From contig CAMCRD010000003.1 in assembly GCA_945877185.1 (NCBI GenBank), positions 1 to 52,218 of the forward strand: a stretch of DNA of 52,218 nucleotides. Direction: 5' to 3'. Each line of letters begins with the position of its first letter. Within the stretch, counting starts at the first letter, position 1. Positions 31,563-40,792 of this stretch are shown here, piece by piece. A program made the position numbers and the translations under genes. Below the pieces are notes generated by a model. It was not told the DNA's origin and did no database searches. It was given only the letters and a program-made list of their open reading frames with translations. The stretch comes from Candidatus Finniella inopinata (lineage in GTDB: Bacteria > Pseudomonadota > Alphaproteobacteria > Paracaedibacterales > VGCI01).

Positions 31563-32639
31563 TTAATACGGACCTTTAAAATTATCTTCTATCACAATGT
31601 CTTCTAACGATGACACATCTTTGTTCAACATTAACAAAACCTCTTTAGCAATTGTGGAGGCATTGGGATAAAAAACATCTTCCAGAGACTTTGAGACAGG
31701 CGTAGGACAGTCTTGCCAGGCAAGTCTTTTGACAGGTTGTTTTAAATACTGAAACCCTTTTTCTGCGCAAATGGCAGCAACTTCACTGCACACGCCAAAC
31801 ATTTTCCATCCATTATCAATGACCAGAATGCGGCCTGTTTTCTTCAAGGAAGTTAGGATTGCCTCCTCATCAAACGGGCGGATAGACCTTAAGTCTATCA
31901 CTTCTGCTTTTATACCTAATTTTCTTAAGGATTCCGCTGCAACAATAGCTTCCCTTGCCATTTGAGAAACAGCGATTATGGAAATATCACTTCCTTCACA
32001 AACAATGTTCGCTTTCCCAATGGGCACAGAAACACAATCCTCATCAACCACGCCTGACGTTTCGTATAAAGAACGATGTTCTAGAATGATCGTCGGTGTA
32101 TTCCCTTGAAGAGCTGAAATCGTTAATCCTTTTGCGTCTTTTGGAAAAGCAGGCATAACCACATGAAGACCTGGGAAATATCCTAAAATGGTGTGAAGGC
32201 TTTGTGAGTGGGTAGCACCTTGCCCCCAGCCCCTGCCAATAATTCCTCTAATGACAATCGGCAAATTACCCGCATTTCCTCCATACATATATTTCCACTT
32301 GGCCGCTAAGTTTATAAGCTGATCAAGCGCTAGAAACATAAAGTCATTTCGAAGATGAATAATAACGGGGCGTTTTCCCATCGCGGCTGCTCCAATAGCA
32401 ATGCCGGTGAGGGCATTTTCCATAGCAGGTGTATCAAAAATTCGCTTTGAACCATATTTCTCGATTATTTGATGGGTAGTTCCAAACACAGCTGAGGAGT
32501 AGTCCACACCAATACCAGCGATAAAAATAGAAGGATCTTGTGCCATACACTGAAGATAAGCTTCTTCGAGAGCATCCTTATACTTCATAACTTTATTGCC
32601 AACGAGGCTCTTTGCAGATAATAGGGAGGATTGCATCAT
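31563..32639 (-). CDS. ThDP-dependent dehydrogenase E1 beta / transketolase C-terminal-like subunit
   Basis: FDTPAMEN, DQLIN.AAK, GATHSQ, PGLHVVMP, EVIDLRSIRP, KTGR. Start uncertain (32639 or 32588). Confidence 0.9.
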   Translation of the reverse strand: MMQSSLLSAKSLVGNKVMKYKDALEEAYLQCMAQDPSIFIAGIGVDYSSAVFGTTHQIIEKYGSKRIFDTPAMENALTGIAIGAAAMGKRPVIIHLRNDFMFLALDQLINLAAKWKYMYGGNAGNLPIVIRGIIGRGWGQGATHSQSLHTILGYFPGLHVVMPAFPKDAKGLTISALQGNTPTIILEHRSLYETSGVVDEDCVSVPIGKANIVCEGSDISIIAVSQMAREAIVAAESLRKLGIKAEVIDLRSIRPFDEEAILTSLKKTGRILVIDNGWKMFGVCSEVAAICAEKGFQYLKQPVKRLAWQDCPTPVSKSLEDVFYPNASTIAKEVLLMLNKDVSSLEDIVIEDNFKGPY

Positions 32640-32644
32640 AAATC

Positions 32645-33613
32645 TCAATAAATATTGTTTAAAATAGCCTCAGTAGCAGGCCAGGGAGACAGCTGTGCCT
32701 GTAGAACAGCATCACGCACTATTTTCTCATAATAAGCATGGTATGTTTCCTGTTCTGTCAAAGAAACAATCCCATTTTCACTCAAATGTTTACTCATCAA
32801 GGCTATTGGGCACCGTTCTTGCCATTGTTCGATTTCTTCTTGAGTCCGATAAGTGCGGTGGAGTTCATAATCAAAATAGGGCCCAACATGCTCAAGCCAT
32901 CGATAGGTATCACACTCTAAAAACACTGGGCCGTTCCCTTTTCGGCATTCCTCGACAGCCTTTGAAGCAACAGTATGTACAGCAATCACATCATTACCAT
33001 CAACCTTATAAGATGGTATGCCGAAAGCCTTTACACGATCCACAAATTCTGTTCCTGGTTTTTTTCTAATATCTAACTTCGTTTCTGTAGAATAGAGATT
33101 GTTTTCACAAACAAAAATGACAGGCAGTTTTTGAATTGCTGCATAGTTTAGTGACTCATAAACGATACCTTCATCAAAGGAACCATCTCCAAAAAAAGTA
33201 ACTGCAACATTAGGCTTCTTATCCATTTTAAACGACAATGCGGCTCCCACAGCCACGGGGATCATTTGCCCAAGGATAGCACTGGTTGCAACAACACCTG
33301 CTTGAGAATCTGTTAAATGAACAGAGCCCCCTCTTCCTTGAGAACAGCCTGATTCTCTGCCATAGAGTTCAGCAACAAAGCGATTAAGATCTCCACCTTT
33401 AGCAAGGTAGTGATTATGGCATCTATGATGACTAAAAATGACATCTTCTTGACGAAGAGCTGCACAAACGCCAACTGCTGACGCCTCTTGCCCAATACCA
33501 AAATGCACAGGAGTCCTTATTTCTTGAAGTTTATAGTGATCTGCAAGAATTTGCTCCGCATAACGAATCAAGAGCATCTTTTTAAACAACTCAATCATAA
33601 GATCTTTTTGCAT
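32645..33613 (-). CDS. ThDP-dependent dehydrogenase E1 alpha subunit
   Basis: GQEA, HRCH, GRGGSVH, ThDP motif GDG-x26-NN (FGDGSFDEG...CENN), YRWLEH. Confidence 0.92.
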   Translation of the reverse strand: MQKDLMIELFKKMLLIRYAEQILADHYKLQEIRTPVHFGIGQEASAVGVCAALRQEDVIFSHHRCHNHYLAKGGDLNRFVAELYGRESGCSQGRGGSVHLTDSQAGVVATSAILGQMIPVAVGAALSFKMDKKPNVAVTFFGDGSFDEGIVYESLNYAAIQKLPVIFVCENNLYSTETKLDIRKKPGTEFVDRVKAFGIPSYKVDGNDVIAVHTVASKAVEECRKGNGPVFLECDTYRWLEHVGPYFDYELHRTYRTQEEIEQWQERCPIALMSKHLSENGIVSLTEQETYHAYYEKIVRDAVLQAQLSPWPATEAILNNIY

Positions 33614-33616
33614 GCC

Positions 33617-34276
33617 CTAACTTTCTAAAATCGTCCAATCGTAGTCACCTTTATACCCAGCCTCTTCAAAAACTTCTAACCATTTTTCTGGATAATCATG
33701 AAATTCAGCCGTCAGAACCCATTGCTCAAACATTGCTTTTTGTTCGTGGGTTTCATAAGAATCGACTTGAACAAAGGACTTACCTTTCCCCACACGCTCA
33801 ATTTCTTGAAGGGCTTTAATAACTTGCCCCCTTCCCAGGTTATGGAGCGTATTCATAGACAAAACCAGGTCAAAACTCTTATCGGGAAAAGGCAAACTCA
33901 TCGCATTTCCTAAATGCAACCTACCAATCACATCTGATGAGCAATTTTTTAAAGCATATTCTGAAATATCAAGACCAAAAACCTCAATACCAGGACACAT
34001 GTCCTTTAAATCTTTAACTAAAAATCCTTTGGCGCACCCAATATCAAGGACACGCATACCCGCTTTAAGGGAATAATGATCGATAATGTCTTTTGCAACA
34101 GGGATCCATCGGCCATCGTAAGAATAACCGCCATAACCATGAGATCTTGAACCATCAAAATATGCGTGCCCAAATTTCTTGGACTCAGCAACAACGGCTT
34201 CGTTTTTCTCAGTATGCCTTGCTTTTATATTTCTTTTAGAAGAAGGCAATGATTTTAATAAATGAGTTTGAGGCAT
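33617..34276 (-). CDS. Class I SAM-dependent methyltransferase
   Basis: YFDG.R..GYGGY.YDGRW, VLDIGCAKGFL, LPFPDKSFD, NTLHNL. Confidence 0.88.
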   Translation of the reverse strand: MPQTHLLKSLPSSKRNIKARHTEKNEAVVAESKKFGHAYFDGSRSHGYGGYSYDGRWIPVAKDIIDHYSLKAGMRVLDIGCAKGFLVKDLKDMCPGIEVFGLDISEYALKNCSSDVIGRLHLGNAMSLPFPDKSFDLVLSMNTLHNLGRGQVIKALQEIERVGKGKSFVQVDSYETHEQKAMFEQWVLTAEFHDYPEKWLEVFEEAGYKGDYDWTILES

Positions 34277-34280
34277 ATTT

Positions 34281-35123
34281 TTATGAAATCCAACATTGGA
34301 GAGAATTTTTCACTGTCCATGGCTCAAAACCATACTCTCTTGCTCGATCAAAATTGATCGTGAAGGATTGTTTATCATGATCAATAAGCTTAACTTTTGG
34401 TTGATATTTTAAAAGATTGGCCATGAAGAATATGCACTCTTTAATACTTATTGTTTCTGTGCATCCTAGGTTCACCACATGCGATCCTGCTTTTTGAACT
34501 CCAAGAATATTAACGATATAAGAACAGAGATTCTCTACGTGGATACAATTATTAAAGCCAGAATCTGGGTTATAAATGTCGATTTCTTCATTTTCAAGGA
34601 GTTTTTGGTAGACCTTGGATAGCCAATGTCTTGTGGCCCCTTTCCCAATAATTGCCGGCAATCTCAAGCTAAAAGATACGAAATCATTTGCTGTATCTTT
34701 TAAAAGCATCTCTCCCGCGAGCTTACTGAGGCCGTAGGGGGATGGATTCATTATAGAATGGTCTTCAGTCAAAACGGCTTCATTAACGTCGCCGTAAACA
34801 CTCACGGAAGAAGCATAGATGAAATGACTGACACCAACCTTTTTGGAAAAATTGATAAGAAGCCTCGTTGATTCAGTATTGTTAAGAAAAAGGTTGTTCA
34901 CACTGTAATCTGGCGGCGAAGTAACAGCCGCCAGATGAACAACTGCCTCTATGTCTTTTGGTAAATCTTCATACGTAGAAGAGCACGATAAATCACCAAT
35001 CAACTGATTTTTACTCGTTGAACCAGTCCTGGTAATACCATAAACTTCATACCCATATCCCTGAAGAAGAGGCATTAAGCTCTTTCCTACAAAGGACCGG
35101 GAACCTGTCACTAAAATTTTCAT
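34281..35123 (-). CDS. NAD(P)-dependent NDP-sugar epimerase/reductase (SDR)
   Basis: TGSRSFVG, HLAA, ASSVSVYG, YGLSK. Confidence 0.85.
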   Translation of the reverse strand: MKILVTGSRSFVGKSLMPLLQGYGYEVYGITRTGSTSKNQLIGDLSCSSTYEDLPKDIEAVVHLAAVTSPPDYSVNNLFLNNTESTRLLINFSKKVGVSHFIYASSVSVYGDVNEAVLTEDHSIMNPSPYGLSKLAGEMLLKDTANDFVSFSLRLPAIIGKGATRHWLSKVYQKLLENEEIDIYNPDSGFNNCIHVENLCSYIVNILGVQKAGSHVVNLGCTETISIKECIFFMANLLKYQPKVKLIDHDKQSFTINFDRAREYGFEPWTVKNSLQCWIS

Positions 35124-36001
35124 TTTGCTTCTTGAGTGCCTTTTAACATTCGCTGAATGCCATCATTCAGGTCCATAAAACGAAAATCAGGAAAGGCACG
35201 ATAGAGATTTTCATTATCAAAATACCGATGAGTTATGGCTGAAGAGCGTGGCTTTTGAATGATTGTCACATCTGAATTTAAAGATTTTTGGATACTTTTA
35301 GCAATATCGAAGAAAGAAACTGTGGGCGCAGGACACATATTCAAAGTTCCCGTGCTTTTATGGCGTAAGGCTTTTATTGTTAACTCAACCACATCGTCCA
35401 CAAAAACATGGCTTCTTTTTTCTTCTCCTCCCCCAAATAAAGTGATTGTCTGCTGGTCGAGTGCTTCTCGTAGAAAACGATTTGGTCCATAAGAATTATG
35501 GGTATCACCTGGACCGAAGATGAGCGTTGAACGTAAGATTCCAAGAGGCACAGAGAGCGTTTGAAAGAGTTTTTCGCGCGTCAAATGCATCAGACCGTAT
35601 AAATCTGAAGGACACAAGCATGAATCCTCCCGTAATAATTCCGAGGTCATAGGGAAAATAGCTTCTGAACTAAATAACAAAACATGTCCAACGGGTTTTT
35701 GTTGCAAAGCCTCAAACACATTTCTTGCAAGGGCGATATTATCTTGGAAGGCTTGGATTCCCTGACCTTTATCGGGTGTAATTGCGCTCAAGAAAACGAG
35801 ACTATCATTTTCTTGAAAATGACCTTTCAAAAACTCTACAGCGTGAGCACTCCCCAGGTCACAATCTTTCCGTTCAATCCCTAACATATCTATATTTTTT
35901 GATTGGAGGGATTTGGCCAATCTTTTCCCGACAACACCGCCTGATCCAAGGACAATGACGCGACCAGGGGATTGGGGGTTTTCATAAGCGTGCTTTAACA
36001 T
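35120..36001 (-). CDS. Atypical SDR NDP-sugar reductase/epimerase
   Basis: LGSGGVVG Rossmann motif; YxxxK replaced by YGLMH; HNSYGPNRF. Confidence 0.75.
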   Translation of the reverse strand: MLKHAYENPQSPGRVIVLGSGGVVGKRLAKSLQSKNIDMLGIERKDCDLGSAHAVEFLKGHFQENDSLVFLSAITPDKGQGIQAFQDNIALARNVFEALQQKPVGHVLLFSSEAIFPMTSELLREDSCLCPSDLYGLMHLTREKLFQTLSVPLGILRSTLIFGPGDTHNSYGPNRFLREALDQQTITLFGGGEEKRSHVFVDDVVELTIKALRHKSTGTLNMCPAPTVSFFDIAKSIQKSLNSDVTIIQKPRSSAITHRYFDNENLYRAFPDFRFMDLNDGIQRMLKGTQEAK

Positions 36002-37245
36002 ATCTGTTTTCCTATTTGGTAAATTTTAGAGTCACCATTTTTCTGTTTTATCATTCCATAAGGATCAATAATGTCTCCGGAAAAGGTCTCATAATTTATT
36101 TTAGAAAAATCTGCCCAAGGCGTCATAATGGCTAATAGGGTAGAATTTTTAATAACATCCTCGGCCGTTTTACAAAGATTGACGTGATCGTGGCCTTTTA
36201 AGCTTGCAACGGCAGGATCATAAGCGTACACGGGATGACTCTTGCTCATTGATTTTAAAAACTTAAGGCTTGCGGAATTTTTTAAAGAATGGGTGTTTTC
36301 TTTGTATGTTAAACCTAAAATACCAATTTTTTGATTTGTACTCGACTCACAATGCTGTTTTAAAATACGTAGCCCCCAATTTAAACGATAGGCGCTGTCT
36401 TCCAGCTCTACATCAATGAGTTTCGCAAAGCATCCATGGTTAAAGGCAATTTTTTGAATCGTTGCCAAATCACGCTCCAGATTCCCACCTGCTAAGCCCA
36501 AGCCAGGTTTTAAGTAGGCATAAGGCCCAATCCGTTTATCTAAACGCAAAGTCTCAGCTATATCTTCCCAATCAGCGCCAACATGTTGGCAAATTTCAGC
36601 AAGTGTGTTCGTTGTGGTAATTGTTGAAACTAAATACAAATTAATAGAAATCTTCGCGAGTTCAGCGCTCTCGTAATTCATAACAAAAATAGGACAATTA
36701 AACTTTTTTAAGTAAGTTTCATAGGCTTGTGGAAGTTTCTTGGTCTTCTCACTATTTCCAATAATAAAACGTTCTGGAAATAAGGCTCTTTCCACGGCCT
36801 TTCCAAATATCAACGTCTCAACTTGATAAAACAGCCGCTCTTGAGGAAAAGGGACACTACGTGTAAAGCCAGGAGGAACTTGGCTCAGAATCACTAAAAT
36901 GGCAGAGTCTGATAGATGAGGGAGCATCTCTTCAATCTGCTTACTAATGATACTAAGATCACTCGTTCCTTGATCATCTGTTGGAACGTCAATGGCCAAA
37001 TAGACAAGCTCACATTGGCTAATATCCGTCAAATTGCTTGTAAAAGTAAGATGAGCTTTATTTTTATCTAGCAACCTTAAAAGATCCGGTTCTTGAATGC
37101 TTAAAGTTTCTGGTTTACCCTTCTCGAAAAGATGCTCTTGCGCATAACAAACAACTTTAAAGTCACCTCCACATTTTTCAGCCGCAGAAATAGCCGATAC
37201 ATAAGAAAGGTGAGAAGCACCCACAAAACCAACGGTAAAAGTCAT
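35995..37245 (-). CDS. UDP-glucose/GDP-mannose dehydrogenase-family protein lacking the catalytic Cys
   Basis: DVPTD, SQVPPGFT, ESAELAKISIN, D.RIG, GLTYKENT. GGNLERD replaces GGxCxxKD. Confidence 0.8.
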   Translation of the reverse strand: MTFTVGFVGASHLSYVSAISAAEKCGGDFKVVCYAQEHLFEKGKPETLSIQEPDLLRLLDKNKAHLTFTSNLTDISQCELVYLAIDVPTDDQGTSDLSIISKQIEEMLPHLSDSAILVILSQVPPGFTRSVPFPQERLFYQVETLIFGKAVERALFPERFIIGNSEKTKKLPQAYETYLKKFNCPIFVMNYESAELAKISINLYLVSTITTTNTLAEICQHVGADWEDIAETLRLDKRIGPYAYLKPGLGLAGGNLERDLATIQKIAFNHGCFAKLIDVELEDSAYRLNWGLRILKQHCESSTNQKIGILGLTYKENTHSLKNSASLKFLKSMSKSHPVYAYDPAVASLKGHDHVNLCKTAEDVIKNSTLLAIMTPWADFSKINYETFSGDIIDPYGMIKQKNGDSKIYQIGKQIC

Positions 37246-38145
37246 CTAAAAATTCCTTGAAATCCACGCATCGTTATCAATATTGGTTCCATGACCTTGG
37301 AAGCATAAATTTACAAAATGCTGATATTCTAATTCCCAGGTTGGGTCTAACTGGGTCAAGGTTACGGAGTCTTCGCTTGGTCGACCACTGGGCAAAATTC
37401 GTTTCCGGGTCGTGAACGTACTCGGGCCCCATTTGCATAATGAATCAATATGCGCTGATCCATTTTCCCCATAAATATCGCACGTAAAGTGATTGCGCCA
37501 GCTCAGGAGAGTCATTTCTAACTGAGCGTAGGGCGTTCCCTCAGAATGAATAACAACATGGTCAGGCGCTTTGTTTTCAAAATTATTTGTCGCAATTTTC
37601 TTAAAAACCCTTTGCGAATCGTCAAACCAAAACAAAAATGTATCTAAAAGATGGGATCCTAAGTCTTGGATAACGCCTAAATCTTTATCTCGCCAAGGCG
37701 AATTCCGCACATCCCGCGCTGTACCATTTCCATAAAACATCCGACAGGTATAAATTTTTCCAAGCTCGCCACTCTTTATATAATCCTTCATGCGAATAAA
37801 ATGTGGTTCGAATCGATGATTATAAGCCGTGTAGCAGACGGCAGAATTTGATAGATTTTTAATATCGCTTACCTCTTGTTGATTGAAAATAATAGGTTTT
37901 TCAACAAGAACATGTTTTTTATTGACCAGGAGGTATTTTAAAATACGAAACTTCTCTTGATCTGGCACACAAACGAGTGCTGCATCATAGTCTTCTAACG
38001 GTACTGACTCTATAGATTGATAATGAGCTTCGGGAAAAATCGGGTCTACAATCGCCTGGCAGCCATCTGGTAAAAGCTTAAAACGCTTCTTTCCTTGGAT
38101 CCCAAAGCCGACAATAACAACTCGTAGTTTAGATGATTGAGTCAT
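37246..38145 (-). CDS. Gfo/Idh/MocA oxidoreductase
   Basis: GFGIQG, KHVLVEKP, YNHRFEP, YGNGT, DLGSHLLD. Confidence 0.88.
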   Translation of the reverse strand: MTQSSKLRVVIVGFGIQGKKRFKLLPDGCQAIVDPIFPEAHYQSIESVPLEDYDAALVCVPDQEKFRILKYLLVNKKHVLVEKPIIFNQQEVSDIKNLSNSAVCYTAYNHRFEPHFIRMKDYIKSGELGKIYTCRMFYGNGTARDVRNSPWRDKDLGVIQDLGSHLLDTFLFWFDDSQRVFKKIATNNFENKAPDHVVIHSEGTPYAQLEMTLLSWRNHFTCDIYGENGSAHIDSLCKWGPSTFTTRKRILPSGRPSEDSVTLTQLDPTWELEYQHFVNLCFQGHGTNIDNDAWISRNF

Positions 38146-38177
38146 GGCTATTTAGGAAATTCAAACATTTTTACAAA

Positions 38178-38762
38178 TTACCATTTCGTTGCGTTTTTTT
38201 GTAAAATGGGATGGCTGACTAAACAATGCCAAACAACAGCTTGAAAAGCCTCTGTGTGAGGCGTGACGCGGTCTGCATGCACCGTTGGAATAACAACAAC
38301 ACAATCCCCTTTTTCTTTTGTGTAACCCCCATCGCGGCCGACAATTCCAAAGATCTTCAACCCTCTTACTTTGGCCTCATCAATGGCCTTAACAAGATTG
38401 ACACTGACCTTCTTTTCTGAATTGCCTCCCCCAACTGAGAGTATCAAAAGCGCATCATTTTCCTTAGCCTGGCTCACCATAAGCCATTGTGAAAAAACGG
38501 TTTCCCACCCTTCATCATTGGTTCGAGCCGTTAATTCAGAGACATTATCCGTTGGTGCGTAAGCTTCAATGCCACAAAGTTTACGGAAATCATTAACGGC
38601 ATGGCTGCAGTTGGCAGCACTGCCTCCAACACCGAGAATGAAGAGGCGACCTTTACTCTCACGCATTTCGTACAATGAGAGAGCAAGTTTTTCAACTCCT
38701 TCATCACTTAACGCATTAGCAATTTCACTAACTTCTTTCATAAAGAGCTTGGAATGAGTCAT
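38178..38762 (-). CDS. gmhA: SIS-domain phosphosugar isomerase (GmhA-like, divergent)
   Basis: GVGGSAANCSH, TARTND, LSVGGGNS, GRDGG, PHTE...VWH. Confidence 0.82.
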   Translation of the reverse strand: MTHSKLFMKEVSEIANALSDEGVEKLALSLYEMRESKGRLFILGVGGSAANCSHAVNDFRKLCGIEAYAPTDNVSELTARTNDEGWETVFSQWLMVSQAKENDALLILSVGGGNSEKKVSVNLVKAIDEAKVRGLKIFGIVGRDGGYTKEKGDCVVVIPTVHADRVTPHTEAFQAVVWHCLVSHPILQKNATKW

Positions 38763-39949
38763 GACCGCACCTCTTGAGAACCGCCTATAGCTGAAATATT
38801 TTCTAGTTGTCTAAAATGCATCTTGAAAGACCAATTTTCACTTTTACTTCTTTTGATAACATTGTTGACTGTCTGCGTAACAAGAGGGACGTAGACAACA
38901 GAATCTTTGGGAACCTGAAAGGGATGATAGATTGGCACTCCCAAATGTTGGCTTCCTTTTTTGGTAGAATCTTCATCAACAAAGAAACAGACTGACCCTT
39001 TATTTTTGAGTGATCCATATAACCAGGTAGAGGATATGGAGCTGCCAAATATGCCAAATGATTGATCAAGCGAATAATTGTTGGCGTCAGAAATCATATT
39101 CGTTAGATAATCGACGTTAGAAAGAAGTTTATGATAAATAGCATCAATATTATGCTCTCTTGATTTTACGATTGGTTTGTCTAATGGTCTGGCAATCAAT
39201 GATATTTCTTTAAATACCCACTCTCTAGTAAATTCAACAATTTCATACCCAGCAAGTTCAAGAAGGTACGAAAGTGTCTCTGGGTAAAAGTGTGTTACAT
39301 GATCTGCCACCAAAATATCAAAAGGATTTTTATCATTATCCGGAACTTGGATAAAGAGTACCCCACCGGGCTTAATCAGTTTTTTAATTTCACTCAAAAA
39401 GCTTAATGGATCTGGGATGTGCTCCAAAACGTGTTGAACAGAAACAACATCAAATTTTTCTGTTACATCTTCTAATTGACCCGAATAAAAATGAGAGAAA
39501 TTTTCAAGAGAACTAAAGACATTCAGTTTTCTCTCATTGATATCGTAAGCGTTTAAATTTATGGTTTCATTTTCTTTGCTGACAGCCCTTAAAAAAGCCC
39601 CATTCCCAGCGCCGATATCCAACAAATCCTTTTTCATATAAGGAGAAAGCTTTTTTGCAATCAAAGCTGCTCGATCAGCCTCTCCCGTCTCTTGAAATAC
39701 AACCTGGCTGCTTATGGAAGAGGAAGCATATAAATCATAAGAATGATAGATAGAGGCAGACTCTTCTAAAAATTTTTCATCTACTGCTTTTTGAAGCGTT
39801 GCGCATTTTTTGCATAAATGCAAAGCCCCCCCTTTACCAAAGGGCTTTGCATCTGAAGTTACCCTTGGCAACTCAGAATATCCAGGGATAGGAATAAGCG
39901 AACTATTCCTACAAACAAGACAGTTATCTTGTTCTATTGGCAGATTCAT
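38759..39949 (-). CDS. SAM-dependent methyltransferase with N-terminal Cys4 zinc site (NDP-sugar C-methyltransferase-like architecture)
   Basis: CLVC...CKKC, LLDIGAGNG, HVLEHIPDP, C-terminal Rossmann-like GIFG...FVDED. Confidence 0.8.
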   Translation of the reverse strand: MNLPIEQDNCLVCRNSSLIPIPGYSELPRVTSDAKPFGKGGALHLCKKCATLQKAVDEKFLEESASIYHSYDLYASSSISSQVVFQETGEADRAALIAKKLSPYMKKDLLDIGAGNGAFLRAVSKENETINLNAYDINERKLNVFSSLENFSHFYSGQLEDVTEKFDVVSVQHVLEHIPDPLSFLSEIKKLIKPGGVLFIQVPDNDKNPFDILVADHVTHFYPETLSYLLELAGYEIVEFTREWVFKEISLIARPLDKPIVKSREHNIDAIYHKLLSNVDYLTNMISDANNYSLDQSFGIFGSSISSTWLYGSLKNKGSVCFFVDEDSTKKGSQHLGVPIYHPFQVPKDSVVYVPLVTQTVNNVIKRSKSENWSFKMHFRQLENISAIGGSQEVRS

Positions 39950-40742
39950 ATTTTTTACCTATCTCATTTGCGGGCGAACTACTAAAAAACTCATAATAAG
40001 GCTTACCTCTCACAACTCTTCCGAAATCAATAGGAGCAGAAGCACTAACCAAGCGTATGTCCGTTGAAAATCTTGTTTTCTGGCTGGCATTAATGACTTG
40101 ACCATGGACTGTTGATAAAGAAAACATCAGAACTTGGCTAGGCTCAACACATACCTCTATCAACCCAGTATAGAGCTCCTTATCTAAAAACAAAGGCTCA
40201 TAAGCAAACCCGACCAAGTGCTTTTCTGATCCTTTTTCTATTTCTGAACTTCCCCTTTCATAGGGAATTTCAGATTCTGAAGCAATGTGTGACCCGGGTA
40301 TCACTTGTAGGGCACTCCCCTCCCTCATGGGAGTTAATGGAATTGAAACGGAAACTTCATAGGCAGAAGCGCCATACCATGTGTCTCTATGGTACCCAAT
40401 GTTATCTGAATCAATCCCAGGCCTAGATATTCTAAAATGAGGTTGCGTTTGGATGTACAAATCTTCACCCAGCAAATGACGAAACACATCGATATTATCT
40501 TGAATAATCGCTTTTTGAAGCCCTAATTCCCAAAATTTGGTCGTCAACTCTACTTGTATTGACGTATGGAGCTCCTCATTAAGCGGTAGATTATGGTAAT
40601 CTTCGAGAGAAGCTACTTCTAACCCCCTCTTTTTCAAGCAAAAAAAACAGAAATCAATAGCCTTGTCTAGAGAAGATCTATTATATAAATCAGCGACAAC
40701 GTAGCCATTTTCTTTAAAGGAAGTTATATCTGTAAATGCCAT
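39924..40742 (-). CDS. Fe(II)/2-oxoglutarate dioxygenase, PhyH family
   Basis: HxD in GYHRDTWY, LQVIPGSH, distal His in TVHG, R.S in RFSTD. Confidence 0.82.
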   Translation of the reverse strand: MAFTDITSFKENGYVVADLYNRSSLDKAIDFCFFCLKKRGLEVASLEDYHNLPLNEELHTSIQVELTTKFWELGLQKAIIQDNIDVFRHLLGEDLYIQTQPHFRISRPGIDSDNIGYHRDTWYGASAYEVSVSIPLTPMREGSALQVIPGSHIASESEIPYERGSSEIEKGSEKHLVGFAYEPLFLDKELYTGLIEVCVEPSQVLMFSLSTVHGQVINASQKTRFSTDIRLVSASAPIDFGRVVRGKPYYEFFSSSPANEIGKKYESANRTR

Positions 40743-40792
40743 AAAATACCCGTCTCAAAAAAATCAATAAAACAAAATATTACAACAGATTA

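Noticed and set aside
31563-33613. Housekeeping pyruvate dehydrogenase
   Set aside because: No E2/E3 or lipoyl domain nearby; embedded in an NDP-sugar operon.
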